This document shows positions 33,814-39,734 of a stretch of DNA of 39,734 nt, piece after piece (positions within the stretch are counted from its first letter, which is position 1; every line of letters begins with the position of its first letter). The stretch spans positions 1-39,734 of the IMG/VR virus record IMGVR_UViG_3300050162_000101. One strand, 5' to 3'. The notes beneath the pieces are model-generated. The model was not told the origin of the DNA. It did no database searches and saw only the letters and a program-made list of their open reading frames with translations. This DNA is from a virus (lineage: Duplodnaviria; Caudoviricetes). A program made the position numbers and the translations under genes.

Positions 33814-35755
33814 GACATCCGCCAAGCCCCGAAAGAAAAAGCCCGCCGTTGTCTGGACCGACACCGACCGCGCCGACGCATGGGCATGGATGACCGCCCA
33901 GCTCAAAGCAGGCATCAAGCCCGAGCTGACCCGTGTCTCTCTGGTCGAGTGGGCCGAAACCCACCGCGTCATTCCGCAGGGGCTATCCCCCATGCCTGGA
34001 CTCTTCTCGTGGGCCGTGACGCCTTACCTCGAGGAAATTGCGGAGAATCTTTCCGAGACATCTCCCGTCCAGTACGTCGCTGTCCTCAAGGGTGCCCAGG
34101 TCGGGTTCTCGGTCGGTGTGGGGGAAAACTGGATTCTCTACACCATCGACCAAGCCCCCGGCCCCATGCTCTACGTCGGGCAAACGCAGCAGGCCGTGGA
34201 AAAAATCATGGAAGAGCGCATCGGACCCGCCATCCACGAGTCGGGACTTGACCACAAGATTTTCGCCCAGGCCAAGAGCAAGGGCTCGAGGATGACCGGC
34301 AACACGAACAGCTCGAAACAATTTCCCGGTGGCCGCCTTCACGCCATCGGCCCAAACATGGGGAGCCGGATCCGCTCGGACAGTTTCCAGAAAGGGTACC
34401 TCGACGAAATGGACGCATGGCAACAGGAAATCGGGAGCGCCGAAGGCAAGCGCAAGAGCGAGGGGTCAACGCTCAAAACTATCGAACGCCGTTTCGACAC
34501 GTTTGAGACGACGCTAAAGATCCTCTACGGGTCCACTCCGCTCGAGGCGTCGTCATCCTTAATCGAGCCGATGTACGAAATGGGCGACCAGCGAAAGTTC
34601 CATGTCCCATGCAAATACTGCGGCGAACTCCAGCCGGTCGAGTGGGAACAACTCAAATACGAAGCCGATGAGCGCGGCGTGCTGATCTACGACTCGGTGC
34701 ATTATGAGTGCATCAAGTGCGGTGGCCACTGGAAAAACCAAGACAAGGTCGAGTTTCTGAAAACCGAACGGTGGGGAGGGAAAGCCCGATGGGTGCCAAC
34801 CGCCGAACCTCGACGCCGGGGAATGCGTTCGTACCATCTGCCCAGTCTTTTGAGCCCGATAGGATTCCGGTCATGGGAGTCAATTTGCGAGGAATCCCTT
34901 GAGGCAGGGAAAGACCCGACCAAGCTCCAAGCCTTTTGGAACACGGTCCTGGGCCGGACGTGGCAAGCCACGGGATTCACCCCAGACTACACGAAGGTGA
35001 TGATCCGCCGCGAAGATTACGCCCTTGGCTCGTGGCCTGACCGTGCCATCCTGGTGACGGTAGGCATCGACACCCAGGACGACCGCATAGAGGCCGAGGT
35101 CGTCGCCTGGGGCCGTAACAAAGAGAGCTGGTCCCTCGGCTACTACATTTTCCACGGTGACACCGCCGTCGACACGAGCCCGGCGTGGGCCCAGCTTGCC
35201 GACCTCATGGGCCAAGATTTCGGAGGCCACAAGATCGCGCTCGCGCTCATGGACAGCCAGGGCCACCGGACGACCGAGGTCTACAACTTCGCCGAGTCCT
35301 TCCTTTCCGACCGTGGCCAGCTCATCCCATGCGCCGGTGACGCCCCGAAAAACCGGACAAAAATGTTCGCCCTCTATCCCCTGACCGGGTTCGCCGTGCG
35401 CCGCGCAGACCTACAGGTCGACAAGCTCAAGGAAGAGCTCTATGGGTTCCTGAATCAGTCCATGCCCGACGAGGGTCTAGTCCCTCGTGGCTACTGCCAC
35501 TTCCCGCAGGAATACGGCGAGAAGTATTTCCGGGGCCTGACCAGCGAGGAGCGCGTCAAAGAGCGCCAACGCAACGGCGGGACGAGGACCATCTGGAGGA
35601 AGATCAAAGGCCGGGGACGGAACGAGCCGCTCGACTGCCGGGTATACGCCATGGGTGCGCTCTACGTTTTCAAGCATTTGCTCCTGGAAGAGTCCGCCGA
35701 CGAAGCCCTCCCGTGGGAAGTCTTCTGGGATTGGTGCGAAGCGAATCTAGCCTAG
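33803..35755 (+). CDS. terL: Terminase large subunit, lambda GpA family
   Basis: EWAE, TPYL.EI, KGAQVG, LDEMD, GSTP, GDQR.FHVPC..CG, NTVLG..W, GIDTQDDR and RNEPLDC motifs; TTG 33803 chosen for SD GAGGA (GTG 33764 is an alternative). Confidence 0.95.
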   Translation: MSPETSAKPRKKKPAVVWTDTDRADAWAWMTAQLKAGIKPELTRVSLVEWAETHRVIPQGLSPMPGLFSWAVTPYLEEIAENLSETSPVQYVAVLKGAQVGFSVGVGENWILYTIDQAPGPMLYVGQTQQAVEKIMEERIGPAIHESGLDHKIFAQAKSKGSRMTGNTNSSKQFPGGRLHAIGPNMGSRIRSDSFQKGYLDEMDAWQQEIGSAEGKRKSEGSTLKTIERRFDTFETTLKILYGSTPLEASSSLIEPMYEMGDQRKFHVPCKYCGELQPVEWEQLKYEADERGVLIYDSVHYECIKCGGHWKNQDKVEFLKTERWGGKARWVPTAEPRRRGMRSYHLPSLLSPIGFRSWESICEESLEAGKDPTKLQAFWNTVLGRTWQATGFTPDYTKVMIRREDYALGSWPDRAILVTVGIDTQDDRIEAEVVAWGRNKESWSLGYYIFHGDTAVDTSPAWAQLADLMGQDFGGHKIALALMDSQGHRTTEVYNFAESFLSDRGQLIPCAGDAPKNRTKMFALYPLTGFAVRRADLQVDKLKEELYGFLNQSMPDEGLVPRGYCHFPQEYGEKYFRGLTSEERVKERQRNGGTRTIWRKIKGRGRNEPLDCRVYAMGALYVFKHLLLEESADEALPWEVFWDWCEANLA

Positions 35756-35776
35756 CGTAATACAGCGTACACGATT
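35756..35776 (+). promoter_or_regulatory. Operator-like motif copy 6 (CGTAATACAGCGTACACGATT)
   Basis: Begins 41 bp upstream of the -35 at 35797. Confidence 0.75.
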
Positions 35777-35796
35777 AGATAAAAAATGAACGTGAC

Positions 35797-35825
35797 TTGA
35801 CGAAAGAAAAGTCATGCCGTATCCT
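35797..35825 (+). promoter_or_regulatory. sigma70-type promoter for portal/lysis operon
   Basis: TTGACG-17 bp-TATCCT; shares GACTTGACGAA-N6-GTCANGCCGTA with the promoter at 216. Confidence 0.7.
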
Positions 35826-35846
35826 TGCTCTGAAAGGGGGTGTAGG

Positions 35847-36098
35847 ATGGCCGCGAGAACGATTACCGACGTCCAGGCGGATCTAGACGCCGCCTATGCC
35901 GCCCGCCGGGCCGCCTTTCAAGCGCAATCCTACAGTTTTGATTCTGGCCAAGGCCGTCAAACTGTGGCCCGCGTCGATATGCGGGCCTTGTCGAGGGAGA
36001 TTTCCATCCTTGAGCAAGAGCTTTCCGACTGGAACGCTGACGCCGAGGGCGCTACCGCCCTTGACCGAATCGCCTTTGACCGTGGGGGTGCCGGGTGA
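35847..36098 (+). CDS. Head-tail adaptor, lambda gpW-like
   Basis: QSYSFDSGQGRQTV.R.D...L pattern; between TerL and portal. Confidence 0.75.
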   Translation: MAARTITDVQADLDAAYAARRAAFQAQSYSFDSGQGRQTVARVDMRALSREISILEQELSDWNADAEGATALDRIAFDRGGAG

Positions 36099-37843
36099 GT
36101 TTTCTTGACCGAGTGACCGCCGTCTTCCGTCCTGACCCGAAACCATCCGCCCCAGTCCGCCAAGAAAAGGCGGGCCTAACCGCCTCCGACTACTACGGCC
36201 CTAACGGCTCATCCGGCGGAGGATACGCCACCGTCACCGGGAGCAAGTTCCCCGGAGGAATGGGTAACTACAAAAGCGCCTACGCTCTCGACCACGTAGC
36301 CCTTCGTGACCGTTCCCGCATGGCCTACTGGGAATCAACCCAGGCCCGCGCCCTACTTGGCCGCAAACGTGAGAACGTCATCGGGACCGGCCTTTCCCCC
36401 CAGTCCTCCCCAATTTGGGAGTTCATCAACAAGGACGACCCCGAGGACGAGGAAATCCAGTGCGCCCGCCACGAGTGGAAGCGCTCGACAGACGCCCGTT
36501 TCATGCTCTGGGCGAACTCCCACGAGCCCGATAGCGCCGGAAAGCGCAACCTGTGGGAAAAACAACAGCTTGAACAAATGGCCCGGATGCTCGATGGCGA
36601 GGTTTTCCTTGTCCTCCGCTACGACGACAACCCTCGGCGCATGAGCCCGCTGAAAATCCAGTCTTACACCCCCGACCAGATCATCCAACCTACCGGGGCA
36701 AGTGAGATCGAAGTCGCAAAGGCCAAGGGAAATACAATTCAGCACGGAATCGAAATGACCGCCGACGGCGAAGAGGTGGCTATCTACGTCCGCGACATGG
36801 CCCCGACGTTTAACAGCCCGCAGTTTGAAACCGTCTACCCGCTGGGATACTCAAGCCATACGACCCGCATACCATATTTCGGCGACTCCGGCCGCCGGTT
36901 CGTCATCCACTCGATGAACGCCGAGAACGAGCAGCAGATCCGGGGAACTCCACTCCTGGCGGGAGTCCTGCACGAACTCCGCAAGATCACCGACGCCACT
37001 GTCGCCGAACTCGAGGCTATGGTGGTCAACGCCCTGTTCGCCATGTGGGTAAAACCCGGCCCGGACGCAAACGCAAGCCGGATCACGCAGGGCATGACCA
37101 AGGCTGGAACCGGCCAAGGCCCCGGAATCACGAACGCCCCAGGCATCGTCGTCCAGGGCCTAAAGGCTTCGGAGGAGCTTCAGTCCTTTGACACCAAGCG
37201 CCCGAACCTCAACGCTCAGGAGTTCATCCGTGGCGTCATGAAAGGCGTCTCGTCCTCCATGTCCACCCCGATCAGCGTGGCCGAGATGGAACATAACGCA
37301 AGCTACTCGGCCGCCCGTGGTGCTTTGCTCCAGTTCTGGACCGGAGTCGAGATCGAGCGCGAAAACGCCGTTTCCCAGGTATGGAACCTCGTCCGCGAAG
37401 CGTGGTTCACTGAAGAGGTCATGGCGAACCGGATCAAGGCTCCCGGCTTCAAGGGGAAAAGCGCCGTCATCCGCGCCGCATGGCTCAACTGTGGCTGGCT
37501 GGGCTCTCAAATGCCATCCCTGGATGCCGAAAAGGACGCCCGCGCCGCCGATCTACGCATCAATCAGGGCGCTTTGACCCGAGAAAAGAACGCCATGCAG
37601 TTCAATAATTCGGATTTTACCGAGAACGTGGCCCGTCTTGCCATCGAAAACGAGGATTTGGCCGAGGCAAACGCCCCCATGAATCCCGCAAAGGGCGGTC
37701 AATTGGCCCTTGGATTGCCCGAACCTGGGGCAGAAATGCCCGAAAAAGAGCAGGGAACGGACCCGTCTTCGCCCGATTATCAGCCAAAAATGGACCCGAA
37801 CGCGCCAGAATACGACCCGAATTACACCCCGGAGGCCGCATAA
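36095..37843 (+). CDS. Portal protein, lambda family
   Basis: LRDRSR, NVIGTGL, DGEVF, HGIE, QIRG.P.LA, SYSAAR and D.EKDA.A motifs. Confidence 0.93.
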   Translation: MSFLDRVTAVFRPDPKPSAPVRQEKAGLTASDYYGPNGSSGGGYATVTGSKFPGGMGNYKSAYALDHVALRDRSRMAYWESTQARALLGRKRENVIGTGLSPQSSPIWEFINKDDPEDEEIQCARHEWKRSTDARFMLWANSHEPDSAGKRNLWEKQQLEQMARMLDGEVFLVLRYDDNPRRMSPLKIQSYTPDQIIQPTGASEIEVAKAKGNTIQHGIEMTADGEEVAIYVRDMAPTFNSPQFETVYPLGYSSHTTRIPYFGDSGRRFVIHSMNAENEQQIRGTPLLAGVLHELRKITDATVAELEAMVVNALFAMWVKPGPDANASRITQGMTKAGTGQGPGITNAPGIVVQGLKASEELQSFDTKRPNLNAQEFIRGVMKGVSSSMSTPISVAEMEHNASYSAARGALLQFWTGVEIERENAVSQVWNLVREAWFTEEVMANRIKAPGFKGKSAVIRAAWLNCGWLGSQMPSLDAEKDARAADLRINQGALTREKNAMQFNNSDFTENVARLAIENEDLAEANAPMNPAKGGQLALGLPEPGAEMPEKEQGTDPSSPDYQPKMDPNAPEYDPNYTPEAA

Positions 37844-37845
37844 CT

Positions 37846-38133
37846 ATGGACCAAACGACTCTTTTTTTCACCGTCGCAGGCGGTGTTATCGTGATTCTCG
37901 GCTTCCTGGCCGGGGTGGTAGGTTTTTTGATGAAAATCGCGGCAGAGATTGGCGTCCACAAGAAGACGCTCGAGGACGCGTGTAAAGACGTCGAGGCAGC
38001 GCACGGGAAGATTAGAGACATCGTCCCTGTCTTGGCTGGGCACACGACCGAGATCGCCGTCCTAAAGACGGACATCAGTTACATCCGGGAAGGTATCGAC
38101 GACGTGCGGACGATGCTGAGGGCGAAGGCATGA
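37846..38133 (+). CDS. Membrane-anchored coiled-coil protein (holin/antiholin or XhlA-like candidate)
   Basis: N-terminal TM plus coiled coil ending LKTDISYIREGID; SD GGAGG. Confidence 0.6.
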   Translation: MDQTTLFFTVAGGVIVILGFLAGVVGFLMKIAAEIGVHKKTLEDACKDVEAAHGKIRDIVPVLAGHTTEIAVLKTDISYIREGIDDVRTMLRAKA

Positions 38134-38639
38134 AAACTATCAACTGGACGCGGGGCTCGATCTACCTCTCCGCCTTTGACCGACAGATCGAAGTCTCCAA
38201 CGTCGTCCGAAACGAACTGAACGGACGGCGCAAGCTCGGCCTCAAGCCCGACGTGGTGCTGACTGAGCCCGACGACGGAACGAAACCCAAACCGTACATG
38301 CCCCGAGGCTTCCCCGAAGGCTCGTGGAAAATCACCGGCATCGTCCCGCACAATGACCCGAAGGACCACTACCTCAACCCGTACTTTATCGCCACGAACG
38401 CCCATACCCTAGTGGAAGAATGGGGCCTTGACGCCTCGGGTGGCTACGACAAGCCTACGGGCCGTTTCGTCCGAGACGCGGGTTACGGCATCCACTGGCC
38501 CGATCCTCAGTATTCGACCACCACCCTCGGCTGTATCCGCGTGGTGAGCAAAGACGATCTCTTGTGGCTCGTCAGCCAGATTCAGGCCACGATGGCGACG
38601 GGCGAAGAAATCCTCTTCGCTGTCTCGGAAGGTGTATAA
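38130..38639 (+). CDS. L,D-transpeptidase (YkuD)-fold protein, putative endolysin
   Basis: FPEGSWKIT and GYGIHW...TTLGCIRV (His/Cys catalytic motif); lysis-cassette context. Confidence 0.65.
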   Translation: MKTINWTRGSIYLSAFDRQIEVSNVVRNELNGRRKLGLKPDVVLTEPDDGTKPKPYMPRGFPEGSWKITGIVPHNDPKDHYLNPYFIATNAHTLVEEWGLDASGGYDKPTGRFVRDAGYGIHWPDPQYSTTTLGCIRVVSKDDLLWLVSQIQATMATGEEILFAVSEGV

Positions 38640-39109
38640 TGGATCATCCCGACAAGACTCCCGTTCCCAGGTCGACCAAATGGCCCGAGGTTGAGAAGAC
38701 TCACCGTGCCGAGCATCCCAATTGTGCCGCGTGTCTGGTTCCCGGTGCCCCGGTTCAGGTTCACCACATTTTCCCCTTCCATTACGCCATCGCCCTGGGA
38801 CGCCCGGACCTTGAGCTTGACGACCGTAACCTGATTTCTCTCTGTGAAACCGAGAAAGGTAATCCCGCCGAGAATCACCACCTACTCATCGGTCATCTCG
38901 GGAACTTCAAGGAAGGAAACCTATCTGTCTGGTTTGACGCACAACGGACTTGGCACGGCATGACCGAGGCCCAAATCAAGTCGGCCCACGGGTGGAAATT
39001 GGCCCCCAAGCTCAAAGACCTCGACAAGATGACCGACGATGAAAAGGCCGCGTTGCGTGCCCTCATGGACAAGACTTTCCCCGCTGGTGACAAGAAGGAA
39101 GAAAAATGA
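38639..39109 (+). CDS. HNH endonuclease
   Basis: RS.KW, CAAC, VHHI, NLISLC and HHLLIGH motifs; TAATG overlap. Confidence 0.85.
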   Translation: MDHPDKTPVPRSTKWPEVEKTHRAEHPNCAACLVPGAPVQVHHIFPFHYAIALGRPDLELDDRNLISLCETEKGNPAENHHLLIGHLGNFKEGNLSVWFDAQRTWHGMTEAQIKSAHGWKLAPKLKDLDKMTDDEKAALRALMDKTFPAGDKKEEK

Positions 39110-39363
39110 GTGATAACGTAACCGTGACCATGCCTAAGACCAAGTGGTACGAAGAGAGCCCCGGTGTCATCAGTTCCAAGCGCATTGGCGGGGGAGCCTC
39201 TCTGGCCCTCGGTGTAGCCATGAAACTGGCCATCTTCGGTATTTCCCTATTTGCACCATTGGGTGACGCCGCGACTGCCTCAGCCCAGGCCGATGGTCTT
39301 CTTTTGGCCGGGGCCTCTCTACTCGGAATCACCGGCCTCGACGTATTCAAACGGGGGGCCTAA
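39106..39363 (+). CDS. Holin (2 TM, putative)
   Basis: SSKR followed by two hydrophobic segments and a charged C-terminus. Confidence 0.6.
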   Translation: MSDNVTVTMPKTKWYEESPGVISSKRIGGGASLALGVAMKLAIFGISLFAPLGDAATASAQADGLLLAGASLLGITGLDVFKRGA

Positions 39364-39731
39364 TGTGTGGAAAAAACTGGGCATTACTTTTGTTTTTATC
39401 CTCGCTGGCCTTTCCGCTTTTGGGGCAGTCCTTCGAGGACTCGGCCAAGTACACGGTAACGGGAGCGGAGCTGAACAATTTAAGTCAGGACTTGCAGACA
39501 GCAAAAGCCGAGTTGGCGACCTTGCAGACCAAGAACGCGCAACTGGTGAAGGACTCCGCGAGCAAGGAGAAAGCATTGGCCGAGCTTCAGACGCAGTTGA
39601 CGACGGCCTCGGCATCCTTTCAGAAATCGCAAAACGAGGCCCTGACAAACAGCCTTGAGGCGGCCGGTGGCGGCATCCTGGTCGGGTTCATCCTGACCGA
39701 ATGCCTCCACTTGGCTCATTGGATACCGTGA
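39363..39731 (+). CDS. Spanin-like protein A (signal peptide, coiled coil, C-terminal hydrophobic segment)
   Basis: TAATG coupling; heptad-rich middle; GGGILVGFIL C-terminus. Confidence 0.65.
   Translation: MCGKNWALLLFLSSLAFPLLGQSFEDSAKYTVTGAELNNLSQDLQTAKAELATLQTKNAQLVKDSASKEKALAELQTQLTTASASFQKSQNEALTNSLEAAGGGILVGFILTECLHLAHWIP
39365..39658 (+). CDS. Spanin-like protein B (N-terminal TM, helical), nested in protein A
   Basis: GTG 39365; WKKLGITFVFILAGLSAFGAVL TM; helical body ending ILSEIAKR. Confidence 0.55.
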   Translation: MWKKLGITFVFILAGLSAFGAVLRGLGQVHGNGSGAEQFKSGLADSKSRVGDLADQERATGEGLREQGESIGRASDAVDDGLGILSEIAKRGPDKQP

Positions 39732-39734
39732 TAC
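39552..39734. repeat. Terminal direct repeat, right copy
   Basis: 182/183 identical to 1-183. Confidence 0.97.

Noticed and set aside
34088-34111. TerL Walker A lacking GKT (KGAQVGFS) as a sign of inactivation
   Set aside because: GpA-family terminases commonly use a deviant Walker A with the Lys at the motif start.

Overview
The window is an apparently complete, circularly permuted genome of a GC-rich contractile-tailed (myovirus-type) phage. It is about 39.55 kb plus a 183-bp terminal overlap with one mismatch. All convincing genes but one lie on the + strand. Packaging is lambda-like (Nu1-like TerS, GpA TerL, gpW-like adaptor, lambda-type portal, S49 protease). The major capsid, sheath/tube and baseplate are Mu-like, with a -1 frameshifted tail chaperone. 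The early region encodes an RHH regulator, DUF4406, an N6/N4 methyltransferase, a TOPRIM primase-helicase, a VRR-NUC nuclease, an SLT, an SF2 helicase, a GIY-YIG endonuclease and YqaJ/RecT. I see no integrase, transposase, ParA or classical cI. The most notable unexplained structures are: (1) a 21-bp operator-like motif in six copies, overlapping four promoters but lying about 40 bp upstream of the -35 at two virion-gene promoters; (2) a ~370-nt hairpin-dense non-coding region; (3) an early protein that begins with the FlhG-type DQAxxLR helix; (4) two overprinted, lipobox-less spanin-like ORFs plus an L,D-transpeptidase-fold putative lysin inserted inside the head module; and (5) a GTAC-iteron origin-like region next to an RHH-NUMOD1 gene and a lambda cosQ-like site. 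All family assignments come from motif recognition by eye, not from database searches.
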